From positions 1 through 35,263 of the forward strand of contig JAUCBJ010000526.1 of the NCBI GenBank assembly GCA_032718475.1: a stretch of DNA of 35,263 nucleotides, given 5' to 3'. Positions 21,056-32,819 of the stretch are shown piece by piece. The translations under genes were made by a program, and so were the position numbers. The number at the start of each line of letters is the position of its first letter. Within the stretch, counting starts at the first letter, position 1. The notes below the pieces were generated by a model that had not been told where the DNA came from, searched no databases, and saw only the letters and a list, made by a program, of their open reading frames with translations. The DNA is from Nemertoderma westbladi (Eukaryota; Animalia; Xenacoelomorpha).

Positions 21056-21873
21056 ATGCACACGAACCGTAAAGCCAGACCAAGACATATAGAGAAACTA
21101 CTGCGTAAGAGCCAAAACGGATTTCGACCAAGTAGATCAACAATAGCTCAGATACTTGCACTACGGAGAAGTGAAGGAGTTGAAGGAATTAAGTCAAAGA
21201 ATCTCCCCGCTATCATGACTTTTGTGGACTTCAAGAAGGCATTCGACTCCATCCATAGAGGTAAAATGCTTGAAATCCTAAGAGCTTATGGAATACCAGA
21301 AGTAATTGTTGCTGGCATTGGATTGTTATATTGTGACACAGAAGCGCAGGTACTCTCACCAGATGGTGAAACTGAGTTTTTCTCAATCCTGGCTGGCGTA
21401 CTGCAAGGTGACACATTAGCACCATTACTATTTGTAATTGTGCTGGATTACGCAATGAGGACGGCCACAAAGGGTGAAGACCTGGGATTCACACTTCAAG
21501 AATGCAGAAATAGTAGATATCCGGCAGCTACAGTCACAGACACCGACTTTGCGGATGACATCGCCCTGCTCTCTAATACCCTGGCAGATGCACAGCTTCT
21601 ACTAAATAAAGTGGAGATTAAGATTCAGATGCAGATTAAGATTCAGTGGGCACTGCTGGCGAAGTAAAGACGAGGTCATACCAGATCTACTTTTCTGGCA
21701 ACCAACTCATGGAAAGCGTAGTCGTGGACGACCGGCCATAACATATATAGATCAACTTGAAAGCGATACTGAACTTAGGAGAAACGAAATTGCGACAACT
21801 ATGAAGAATCGGGAAGCCTGGAAGGATCTCATTTCCACTGTCCGAGTTCGCTCGACCTAGTAGTAGTAGTAGT
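21056..21873 (+). mobile_element. RTE-clade LINE, 5'-truncated with internal deletion
   Basis: QNGFRPSRST, FVDFKKAFDSIHR, GVLQGDTLAP, DFADDIALLS; then GHCWR..RSRGRP..YIDQL..REAW C-terminus and a (tag)n tail at about 21858-21872. Confidence 0.9.
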
Positions 21874-21944
21874 TGTCGTCAGTCAGCCAATCGGAAAGTT
21901 TAGGTAGTTCGTTATTTATAAGATTTATTTATTTGAATGCGTGG

Positions 21945-22290
21945 GGAGTAAAGTATGTCATCTGCGAACAGACTTATAAGGGAGGGATGTTACCTTAGGG
22001 AGATCGTTGATAAACACTAAGAAGATGAGTGGAGACAGGACCTGAACTTTGGGAGAGATCGCAGTTTATGGGTAAGAGAAAAGGTCTAGAGATGATGTAA
22101 GAAACGACTGAATTCTGTTTGAGAGGAAACTGGATAGCAGTTGAAGGGGGGGGGGGGCTCTCACACCGTATGATTCAAGATTGGCTATTAAAGTCTTGTG
22201 GTCTATAGTGTCAAAGGCGGCTTTTTGGAGATCTATTAATACAGCGCAACTGGATTGGTGAGAATTTCAGCGCTTCTATTTTTCTAATCG
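21945..22290 (-). mobile_element. CR1-group LINE RT fragment
   Basis: Minus strand gives AVLIDLQKAAFDTIDHKTLIANLESYGVR, SFLSNRIQ, INDLP and SLFADD with indels. Confidence 0.8.
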
Positions 22291-22365
22291 ATTTTATAGA
22301 GGGGTGGGGGGGGGGGGGGTTATATTGATTATTCATAAATATAGTGTTTTAATTCTCTTTTTTAG

Positions 22366-22428
22366 GTACAGATTCCACCTCAACAATGACCTCAACAATG
22401 ACCTCAACAACCACTGATGTTTCTACAA
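22366..22428 (+). CDS. Ser/Thr-rich (mucin-like) micro-exon A1
   Basis: tttttag acceptor and gtgagt donor, 63 nt, phase 1-1, TDSTSTMTSTMTSTTTDVST. Confidence 0.75.
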
Positions 22429-22671
22429 GTGAGTAACTTGTCTAATAATTGTATCCTTTAGCAGCTTTGATTTTTATAATTATATATAAATGACATTATC
22501 GGTGCGGTGTGGTAACATGATACTAATAGAAAAACACTATAATACGGAATTCAGCTACAAGAGGTTATAAAAGCAGACTGTTGTTTCGCCCAATAGTTAT
22601 ATTTTATAAAATTAATGATTAGTTCAATTTAAAATTAAATAATTTTAATTAATATTTGTTTATTTTAAAAG

Positions 22672-22713
22672 CTACTATGCCGGATACTACAACAACCCAT
22701 CAAGATGAAACAA
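22672..22713 (+). CDS. Thr-rich micro-exon B1
   Basis: ttttaaaag acceptor and gtgagt donor, 42 nt, phase 1-1, TMPDTTTTHQDET. Confidence 0.65.
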
Positions 22714-23055
22714 GTGAGTCTCTTGATAAGTTCGACAATTTCTTTGTATTCTTTCATTCTAATGTCATTCTTTCTATGTCTGCCCTTCAGTGCATTGGAA
22801 ACTTACGACATATTTTCTGCTGGAGTCTCATCCATTGCGATTTGAAACAAGCGGACTCCCCAAAATCTATTATTGATTATTGCAGGCAACAGAAAAGTAT
22901 TTACCGACCAGAAAAACTCTGTAGTGAAAATTTCCTATAGGAATTAAATTACAAAATGTTTGAAAAGAGTAATCTCTCCATTACAGGAAATTTGATTCCT
23001 ATTTCCCAACCCTATTTAAGAGATACATCTGCCTGATTGTAATATAACATTCGTT

Positions 23056-23400
23056 TTATGGCAGTATTACGCCCTTGCTGATCAGAAGATTCAGCATCCT
23101 TCTGCAACTCACGGCCATCTGCTGTCTAACGTTAGGACGCGAGACCTCAACGGGTGGCCAAATAACCTCTGTGAAGGGGACAATCCATCCTTGGAGTTTG
23201 AGAAGTCCTGAGAAAAAGTTTTCACTGGAAATATTGCAACCTGATTTTTGTAGCAAAAATTTTATATTCTTAATATTGACCGCAATGTGGTCATGTCCTT
23301 TGGCATGGTAATGAGATTGAGGTGTCCAAGTGACTCCATACATAGAGAGAAAATGGCATGTTTCTTCGGCTGCCAATTGATGCCCTTTATCCTTTCTAAT
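23056..23400 (-). mobile_element. Gypsy-like integrase remnant (partly duplicated at 24172-24415)
   Basis: FLSMYGVTWTPQSHYHAKG..NIKNIKFLLQK..GLL and SPSQRLFGHPLRS resemble the integrase core region following the second Asp. Confidence 0.55.
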
Positions 23401-23499
23401 AACATTGTTGACTCGGTTAAGATTCGATTATAAATATTATTGTAGAGATTCACAAATATCATGTTTATATTTTTATATATATTTTTTATATTTTTTTAG

Positions 23500-23550
23500 G
23501 TACAGATTCCACCTCAACAATGACCTCAACAACCACTGATTTTTCTACAA
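23500..23550 (+). CDS. Ser/Thr-rich micro-exon A2
   Basis: Copy of A1 lacking one 12-nt repeat; 51 nt; splice sites intact. Confidence 0.75.
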
Positions 23551-23787
23551 GTGAGTAACTTGTCTAATAATTGTATCCTTTAGCAGCTTTGATTTTTATA
23601 ATTATATATAAATGACATTATCGGTGTGGTAACATGATACTAATAGAAAAACACTATAATACGGAATTCAGCTACCAGAGGTTATAAAAGCAGACTGTTG
23701 TTTCGCCCAATAGTTATATTTTATAAAATTAATGATTAATTCAATTTAAAATTAAATAATTTTCATTAATATTGTTTATTTTAAAAG

Positions 23788-23829
23788 CTACTATGCCGGA
23801 TACTACAACAACTTTTCAAGATGAAACAA
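23788..23829 (+). CDS. Thr-rich micro-exon B2
   Basis: Copy of B1 (TMPDTTTTFQDET); 42 nt; splice sites intact. Confidence 0.65.
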
Positions 23830-24894
23830 GTGAGTCTCTTGATAAGTTCGACAATTTCTTTGTATTCTTTCATTCTAATGTCATTCTTTCTATGTCTGCC
23901 CTTCAGTGCATTGGAAACTTACGACATAATTTCTGCTGGAGTCTCATCCATTGCGATTTGAAACAAGCGGACTCCCCAAAATCTATTATTGATTATTGCA
24001 GGCAACAGAAAAGTATTTACCGACCAGAAAAACTCTGTAGTGAAAATTTCCTATAGGAATTAAATTACAAAATGTTTGAAAAGAGTAATCTCTCCATTAC
24101 AGGAAATTTGATTCCTATTTCCCAACCCTATTTAAGAGATACAGCTGACTGATTGTAATATAACATTCGTTTTATGGCAGTATTACGCCGTTGCTGATCA
24201 GAAGATTCAGCATCCTTCTGCCACTCACGGGCATCTGCTGTCTATCGTTAGGACGCGAGACCTCAACGGGTGGCCAAATAACCTCTGTGAAGGGGACAAT
24301 CCATCCTTGGAGTTTGAGAAGTCCTGAGAAAAAGTTTTCACTGGAAATATTGCAACCTGATTTTTGTAGCAAAAATTTTATATTCTTAATATTGACCGCA
24401 ATGTGGTCATGTCCCTTTCAAGTTGATCTATATGTATATATGTTATGGCTGGTCGTTGCATTTCATTTCATTACTGATATGAGTGAACCAAAATATGAAT
24501 ACTGGAGGAGGGGCATACAGTAGATGTGTTGTGTATCCTTATTGTAAGTCCTAACTAAGATTATTTATATATGGATTTCCTGGCCCGGGTTATCATTTCC
24601 GATGTTAATTATAATGATTGAGGGACTATCATTATTTCTGTCAGTCAAAAACAATAATAATAACATAGTACACCAGCGACCAGAGATTTTTGCTTCTTGG
24701 GAATTTCCTCATCTATTTCCGATGTCCGTTTTAACGTTTTAAAGAATGTTGATCGTTCTGCCTAACAATCAATAAAGAGGCACACCGCCGCCCAATGGAA
24801 GATTTTATTATGGGGTCTTTCTTGTAATGGTGATTTAATTCCAGTTTTCATGTTTCATCAGTTTTAGTACGGGAACCTTATAAGAATGCTGACA

Positions 24895-25700
24895 ACATAT
24901 TTAGACTCAGCTTAGTATTTCACATCATAATATCCATACTTCTATTACCTCCTATATTTGAAAATATTAAAGATAAACTTTAACTTTATTGTAAACATAT
25001 GAATAGTATGTATCTACAATACTACTGTATCTTGCTGTACCTAGATTTTTAACGAAGTGTCATTTTGCTGCAAATTTATGAGCTATGCGATTTTGAATAT
25101 TCGAGTTGACATATTACTGAACATACAATGCAGTGTATAAGAAGGAAAATGGCCGAATCAGTTAATTAAATTAATCATTTGTGAAAATAAAATTGACTGC
25201 ACATTTTCAATATGTTCATTGTTCATAGTAACTTTAGCTCCCAACATACTGTACTGTGGTTTTTAGTGTATAAGGAGCATCAGTGATTAGCCAATGTTCA
25301 TGTTGATTTTGTCATTATTGCACTGATTCTTGAGTGCGCGGAAACTTCAGAAAAATTATGAAAACATTTTGAACTCAGCTTACTACTGTATTTCACATCA
25401 GAAACAATGTCCTTCCTATTAATTTACAACATGTAAAAAAAAACTTTATAGAATTCACTGATTCAAAGAACTACTGTACAATATCTAAGGTATATTTCCT
25501 GAACCTAGCTTTTCTGATGATGTTGTCTTTTGGCTGCAAATTCATAGGCAATTCTATACAATTTAACATACAAATTGCTGCAATCTCGAATAAAGGATTT
25601 GGCCTATACAATGCAGTGTAAAAGAAGTAAAATGGCTGCATCGTTCAGTAAATTAATCATATATTAAATATTCATATGGCTGCATTTTTATCTATATCAT
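24895..25700. repeat. Old diverged tandem duplication, period about 470-480 bp
   Basis: actcagctta..tatttcacatca, atacaatgcagtgta..agaag.aaaatggc and aaattaatcat occur twice in the same order. Confidence 0.75.
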
Positions 25701-26251
25701 CTTTGTAGGTGCGGTATACAAATGGCTTCGATTACTGGATAATTACTTGAGAGCTTACCAGTATACAGATGGTTGCAATACCAACGTAGTAGTTTTACCG
25801 ATAATATATATTTTTTGACCTTTTGCATACTCATGAGACTTGTTTCATTGGATTCATATCAGCAAGATTTCATTCACTCGGACTGTACGAGTTTAGCGGC
25901 GGTTACATCGAACCAAAAGATTCGCTATTTTATGATGATAAATTGTGGGGGGTACTTCAGGGACTTTGCTTAGGAGATAGAGAGAAACGGCCTGTGTTTG
26001 GTGACCTTAACGCAAGAGTTTATCATCCGAAAAATTCGCATGGCCAAGAAGTGGACCGGGTCTGTGACGACGCCGATTTCATTATCGTCAATAAGGTCCC
26101 TCCTGCTACAAGTGACCTTACTTTCCGAAGAAAAGAAAGGTGGATTAGTCAGATAGACCTGTGTTTAGCAAGTAAGTCGGTAAACAAAGATATTGAATTA
26201 AAGGTAAATCAAGATTTAACAAAACCTTCGGATCATGCGCCTTTGGAGATA

Positions 26252-28121
26252 CAGTCGGGGTCTCAAAGTGCATCTGTTCTTTGAGATTTTCTCAAAGAAC
26301 TAAAAGTGTCTCAAATTTCCAAAAGTGGTCCAAGAAAATGACAAAGTGTCCTCAAAGATTTCAAAGTAGTACTGTCAGTCATTTCATACAGTTCTGCCTG
26401 AAGCTGGCTATGGTATGGGGTATATTGACTTTGACTATAGGGTAAAATATAAGTAATAAAAACCTCTATAAATGTTTATTCAATTATTTATTAATTTATT
26501 AATATTGATTATTGCAGTAATAAATATTTGTTACTGCAGTAATAAATATTTATTACTGCAGTAATAAATATTTGTTACTGCCGCAGTAATAAATATTTGT
26601 TACTGCCGCAGTAATAATATTTGTTACTGCAGTAACTAATATTCAATACAGCAGTATTTTTTGTAGGTATTTTTATTGTTTCATAGAGGATTTTATTAAT
26701 TTATATTTTGACTCTTTAGAGACGCCATAATTGCGGGCTATCGGAATGTGTTGGTGTTTGTGTCATAGACAGTTTGTCTGTTGCCCTATCTATATTAATG
26801 TATAGTGCTAAAACTGTACTATTTAAATTTGTTTAGCCCATGTGAACGCCGAATACCTTTACCAATGCATTTCAATGGTCAACCAGCCATACTTTGTCGC
26901 ACTGTAAATTGTGTTATACAAAGTAAAGAATAACGATAGGGGCAGGAATAAAGATAAACGATTCAAGCGCACTAATTGGCTGTTCCCATAGATGTTTTAG
27001 GCATTGTTGGTGCGCAATGCATATGGTCAGAGCGACCGCCCAGTCTGCCAAAATCGATTATGTAATCAAATGGTACCACAAGCCAAGCAAAGCATGTGAC
27101 AGTTCTTTCCGGCTCTGCACCTATTTGTTTGAAGGTCGCCGTCCGTGGGTCGATACTCGCTAGCTGTGATTGATAGCTTAAACTGGGTGCCGCTTTGCCA
27201 GAATGCGGTACACATCAATTGAATATCAGGTAAACATTTAAAATATGCTCAAATATAAACGCCAGCGGCAGGGGATATTTTAATATCTCTATTAAGTTAA
27301 AAACAACACAAGAGTGTAGCCGTTCTATCGTACTTGAAAGTCGAAAGCCTTTCTTAGTTTTTAAGAAGGAATTCTCGCGCTCTCGTCACCATAGTTATCA
27401 TATTAATTAATCAGTTAAGGTAGTACGGTTTGACCTGAGGTGAGTAATGAAATGAATAACAAATGTTATTACAAGCTTTCTCCCAACAGGGCTTCTTTAG
27501 GTCATTATAATGAAACTGCATATACACAGAGATACTACAGTGCAGTTTCTCTTATATTAATTGTTAATCTTATATTGTATTATGTTATTAAAATAATCAA
27601 TCTTGTCAAGCATTAATCTTGTTTCACTAATTATGTTTCATGTATTATTTTAATGAATGTTTTTTAGAAAGACTTTAGGGTGCCGTAAATTAAATTTGTA
27701 CTTGCGACCTAAAACCCATCCCGTAATGACCTCAGGAACCTCAATTTTATAAATTAATGGGAATATAGCTTCTATGCAACAACTGGCCAGCACACAAGTA
27801 TCACTTTGTTGCCCGCATAATATTGTTCCCCGAGAATGCCTCTGCCTCTCAGTTAACTTACCACGAGCTGTCAATCAGGAATACCTCAGAGTTTATTTTC
27901 TCAAAGAATTAAAAGTGCCGCAAACTACCTCAAAGTGACATTTCTCAAAGATTTAAAAGAATTCAAAGTGCCTAAAAGCAGGAAATCACTTTGAGATTCC
28001 CAACTAAAAGTGTCTACAAGAATTCAAAGCGGCCGTTGGGAGTAATGTAATGACTTTTAGACACTTTTAGAAAAACTTTGAGAAAATCTCAAATAACAGA
28101 TGCACTTTGAGACCCCGACTG
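26252..28121. mobile_element. Tc1/mariner-type non-autonomous element, 1870 bp
   Basis: 46-bp TIRs cagtcggggtctcaaagtgcatctgtt(c/a)tttgagattttctcaaag (45/46), TA duplication at 26250-26251 and 28122-28123, no transposase ORF. Confidence 0.9.
26513..26635. repeat. 22-bp palindromic tandem repeat, about 5 copies
   Basis: Unit cagtaataaat-attt(g/a)ttactg; lies between weak inverted repeats at about 26438-26475 and 26680-26716. Confidence 0.85.
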
Positions 28122-28193
28122 TATTACTGACAACTTCGGGGAATGGAAACTGGAATGGGCTTCTACAGCATTCCCTGCGAATGGGTTCCTCAT

Positions 28194-29227
28194 TAGGGTA
28201 GGTCAATTTTAACTTTTTTTGGATATCTAGATTTTCTCATTGATAAAAAGTGGCCTTGGGTCCTAAAACTTTGTAAAAACGCAATTTTAACTCCTAAAAA
28301 TCATGTTTGACCCCTGCACTGGACGTCGTCCAGTTCCCACCCTAGCCACTAGTGAGTCATATTCCCAATTATTGTGATGATCAACTTCTAGTATTCCAAC
28401 CGCATTGATATTATGCTCATTAGAACCGCAATGACCGATTTAGTTGGTGTAGACACCTTCAAAACAAGCATAGAGCGAGTAGTTTTTGAGATATTGTGAA
28501 GTCCGGTACAAGTCAACATTAGCGCCTTGATGCGGTATTGACAAATACACTAAAAATTATAATTCTAATTTTCTCAAGGCAACCACAATTCCCACATAAC
28601 TGCAATGATCAATTTAGGGGATGTTGACACTCTAAAAATATTAATTGAGTGATTGGTTTTCGAGTTATTGTACAAAATGTCAAGGTTAGGTCCACCAATT
28701 AATGACCTTATATTAAGCTGACTCAGTCCACACGTTTTGTACAATAACGCGAGAACTTATCACTGAACTCATATTATTAGAGTTTCAACATCCCCTAAAT
28801 TGATCACTGCAGTTATGTGTAAATTGTGGATGCCTTGAGATAATTAGAAGTATCATTTTTAGTGTATTTGTCAATACCGCATCAAGGCGCTTATGTTGAC
28901 TTGTACCGGACTTCACATATTCTGCAATATCTCAAAAACTACTCGCTCTATGCTTGTTTTGAAGGTGTCTACACCAACTAAATCGGTCATTGCGGTTCTA
29001 ATGAGCATAATATCAATGCGGTAGGAATACTAGAAGTTGATCATCACAATAATTGGGAAAATGACTCACTAACGGCTAGGGCGGGAACTGGACGACGTCC
29101 AGTGCAGGGGTCAAACATGATTTTTAGGAGTTAAAATTTCGTTTCTACAAAGTTTTAGGACCCAAGGCCACTTTTTATCAATGAGAAAATCTAGATATCC
29201 AAAAAAAGTAAAAATTGACCTACCCTA
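28194..29227. mobile_element. hAT-type foldback MITE, 1034 bp
   Basis: tagggtaggtcaatttt...aaaattgacctacccta termini, 8-bp TSD ttcctcat (28186-28193 and 29228-29235), inverted arms of about 490 bp around a spacer of about 50 bp. Confidence 0.92.
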
Positions 29228-30610
29228 TTCCTCATTCTATGATGAGTACAATCGCAATACCACGGAAACCAATTATAGTTCAAAGACTGTGAGGGTACCT
29301 CTACAACAAGGGATAGACAGATCGAAATTTATAGAGGCTTTGGAGCATGATCAAAGAGCAAACAGTTGCGTTCATGGAAACATAGATGTCAACGAGGCAG
29401 TCTATACTTTGGGAAAAATTTTTCAAGACGCAGTTAACTCTTCTAAGATGAGGTCTGGTGTTACCTTAACCAATCATTGTAGTGAAAATAACCGATGGGA
29501 AAACTTGTTGCTAACGAAGGATTTGTTGGTGCTAGAGAGATTCTAGCGCCCTACGTGGGTTGTTTAGCGGATTCACAGGCACATTACCACACTGTTACAC
29601 ACAGACACACGCTCACACAAAGCAAAGGGCTGAAGGGTCTTAACATCGACGACGATTAGGCTTAACTGATCTGTATAGGCCTAATGCGTAATGCGGACGG
29701 ACAGCACCAATAAGGTTACGCGGGGGAGACACTCACACTCAGTGCGTTGAATGCCGGAGTTTGGGCCAGTTAATGGCAGTAACCAGCTGGCAAATATGAT
29801 ACCGACCTGAAGTATTGCGGCGTTGCAGTGGCTTTCTCCAGTCAGCCAGTAGCGGCAGTCTGCTACTCTAGTACTCTGTAATCTAACTGAGGGATAACAT
29901 CGAGGAAAACCCTTCTTCTGATGGTTGAACCAGTTCAGCAGTTAGTTTATTGTATAACAATCAAAGCAATAATAATAACAATATCAAACAGAATAGTAGA
30001 ATAACCAACGTGAGTGCGAATGAGAGCTGGCGTGTAAGCGTAAATGTACCGGTAGTGTAGTGTAGTGTAGTGTTGTAGTGCTGAAAAGTATGGCCTATTA
30101 GCAACCCAACGTGGGGTATGTAAAATAATACCGAGTCTGATAATTATGATTTAAATTGCACTATATATACATTCGGTAAAAAGCAGTATTGCCATACCTC
30201 GCTAGGTGGCGTAATATAAAGGAAATTAACAAGGCCAACAATGTAAACAAATTTGGTATACAGTATAAGGGATACGGGCATTTATACCGCTCCCAGTTGT
30301 TATTTAGGCTATAATGCACTCGGACTAATAAATATTTCCCTAAATAATAACTCAAGAAAAAATGCACGCTCTATATGTTTGTTCAACCATCATAATATAT
30401 ATATATATATAATAGAGACATAGTCATGACGTACATCAGTTAGAAGAAAAAATATAAACTTATATACATTTCCAAAAAATATGTGGTATATAACTAATAC
30501 AAATCTACTATCTATCAACTTCTCGATTCACTAACAATTTTACGTTAGTACTTATACTTTCCATCGATTTATAGATATAAGAGTTCAAATTATCTTTACA
30601 GACGTACGTA

Positions 30611-30700
30611 TACTAAGATCGTACATACTAAGATCGTACATACTAAGATCGTACATACTAAGATCGTACATACTAAGATCGTAAATACTAAGATCGTACA
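30611..30700. repeat. 15-bp tandem repeat (tactaagatcgtaca) x6
   Basis: Direct reading. Confidence 0.95.
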
Positions 30701-31440
30701 TACCAAACCAGACACTACTAGCACAGCAATATATCAATATAGTAAACTTTTTAGGAGAATCAACCAGGGGTAATTCCTACTGAAGCCCCTTTTGTTTACC
30801 ACCGCTAATGAAGTGAATTCAATTTTCGGGCAATCGTTACTTAGTTACTTGAAATACGTATAACATCTGTTCTTAATTGCGATTTAAATTAATCTCCTAA
30901 ACATATCTTAATAAATTATTATGCATTAAAATAAATCAGCACATTACCAATAATCAATATAGAGATAGATAGCTGGGGATATTCCAAAAAATGAAAAATT
31001 ATATCCACAGAAAAAAAAACACGACATAATGCGTCACGATACTTAGAAATGCCATCAGACCACAATTACAAACACATTGTGTACAACAATAAAATAAAGA
31101 GTCATTGATCTTTTACTAAACACGTTTATATCAGTAGAACTCTCTGAACTAAATATACTTCATATTCTCTCACAACATATAAAAGTCATGCAGTAAAGGG
31201 TTAGATGATAAAAATTATCACAAATATGGCCTCGCTATTACAAAAAGTTTCTTATGCGAGACATCCTAGCTAATTACTCAATATAAATAGACTTAGATTC
31301 AAAGAGAAATTCCTCATCTACATAAAACAAACGATACTGACGCAATCTTTATTAACCTCAATACCTGAAGAACAATCAATGTTCACCAAAGTAACCCAAG
31401 AGATATTCCAAACAAATAAACCTGTGTGTGATTTGACATG

Positions 31441-31842
31441 GCGAGGGAACAACTAGACGTCCCGTACGTGTCGAGGGAACAACCAGACGTCGCGTGGGAA
31501 CAACCAGACATCCCGTACGTATCGAGGGAACAACCAGACATCGCGTGGGAACAACCAGACATCGCGTGGGAACAACCAGACATCCCGTACTTATCGAGGG
31601 AACAACCAGACATCCCGTACGTATCGAGGGAACAACCAGACATCGCGTGGGAACAACCAGACATCGCGTGGGAACAACCAGACATCCCGTACGTATCGAG
31701 GGAACAACCAGACATCGCGTGGGAACAACCAGACATCCCGTACGTATCGAGGGAACAACCAGACATCCCGTACGTATCGAGGGAACAACCAGACGTCGCG
31801 TGGGAACAACCAGACATCACGAATGAGGCGAGGGAACAACCA
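31441..31842. repeat. Minisatellite of interspersed 30-bp and 21-bp units
   Basis: 16 gggaacaa(c)cagac-type cores followed by either atcccgtacgtatcga or atcgcgt. Confidence 0.95.
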
Positions 31843-32819
31843 CATTACGAATGTGGCGAGAAATTAAATTAAATCCCATTATTACCATTGTTGGTACAAG
31901 TTTCTTCTCCAGATCTCAGATTATATTCAATATCTGGAACTTAAAATCTTTGGGGTTAGCATAGTTAGTATTCGCCGCTTTTAAGGGTTCAGCCGGATCA
32001 CATTATGCGTCCCCGATTAAACCAATAAAAGTCCCTAAACCGGCATTCGCTACAGTAAACATTCGGAGATAGAAGTATGTTATCGACCTGAAGTTATAAT
32101 GGGTGATATCGTTCTGTTAAAGAGTAATTTATAATATGGTTTTTGCTCATCAGAACATTAATCTGTAACATCCCCTTTTTACCGCAGGAAAATATATATC
32201 CGTTCAAATAATGATAGAAAATAAATATATATTAATGTTCTGTAGAGCGTTAGATAGATTTCAGTAATAATCCATACATACAGATCTGGGCTCACCCTGT
32301 TGCAGTTAATTTTCAATTAGGGCCTATTTTTTTTAATTTTCTTAATGTATATATATTTAATTTGTACTCATTCTTTTAAGAGCCTATACTTATAGACTCG
32401 TTTCAACTAAAAAACACCGATCTAATCGTCGACTATGGTAATTACCGCTCCCATGCTCATATATTCCTCTCTCATTCAATTCACATAAATTAACAATGTA
32501 AATCACGTTTCATATATATACACGAATTAAGATTCATTCATCCAGTTTACAAAACAAACTACAAAAATGATAGTAATTCCCGCTCCCATATCTATTCAGC
32601 GTCAACTCCTATTAAATAAACAATAGATATAACATCGCAGAAAAAATCTATAATACATTTTAAATTATTTTCATTTCCTGTGAAGAAAATAAGTAAATAA
32701 ATGGTTAAAAAAATATACAAATTATGTTGGCGATAAATGCCAGGTTATCTGTCCTGAAAATTAAGGAAATATATAATCATATATACATTATTGATCTCGT
32801 AAGCTGAAAGATTTTAAAT

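Larger units (their letters stand above)
22358..24415. repeat. Recent tandem duplication, unit about 1.13 kb (second copy partial)
   Basis: 22358-23300 is nearly identical to 23492-24415. Confidence 0.95.
25720..29523 (+). mobile_element. LINE copy C (APE and linker) split by two DNA-transposon insertions
   Basis: GYIEP.DS, GDLNAR, LTFRRK..WISQIDLCL, PSDHAPLEI; pieces 25720-26251, 28124-28193 and 29236-29523 rejoin in frame. Confidence 0.85.
29524..32170 (-). mobile_element. Putative long 3' LTR of the BEL/Pao element
   Basis: Minus strand: purine tract aaaaagggga (32171-32180), then TGTT...AACA ending at 29524 exactly where LINE copy C breaks off; AATAAA near 29950. The second LTR is outside the window. 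Confidence 0.45.

Noticed and set aside
22656-22940. 94-aa ORF and its duplicate at 23772-24056
   Set aside because: Micro-exon read through into intron; non-ATG start.
31383-31872. Repeat proteins in four frames
   Set aside because: ORFs arise from stop-free 21/30-bp units; nothing favours one frame. Not CRISPR either, as only two linker types recur.
32147-32153. CTGATGA on the minus strand (also plus strand near 25514) as a hammerhead
   Set aside because: No stem II-GAAA-stem III arrangement.
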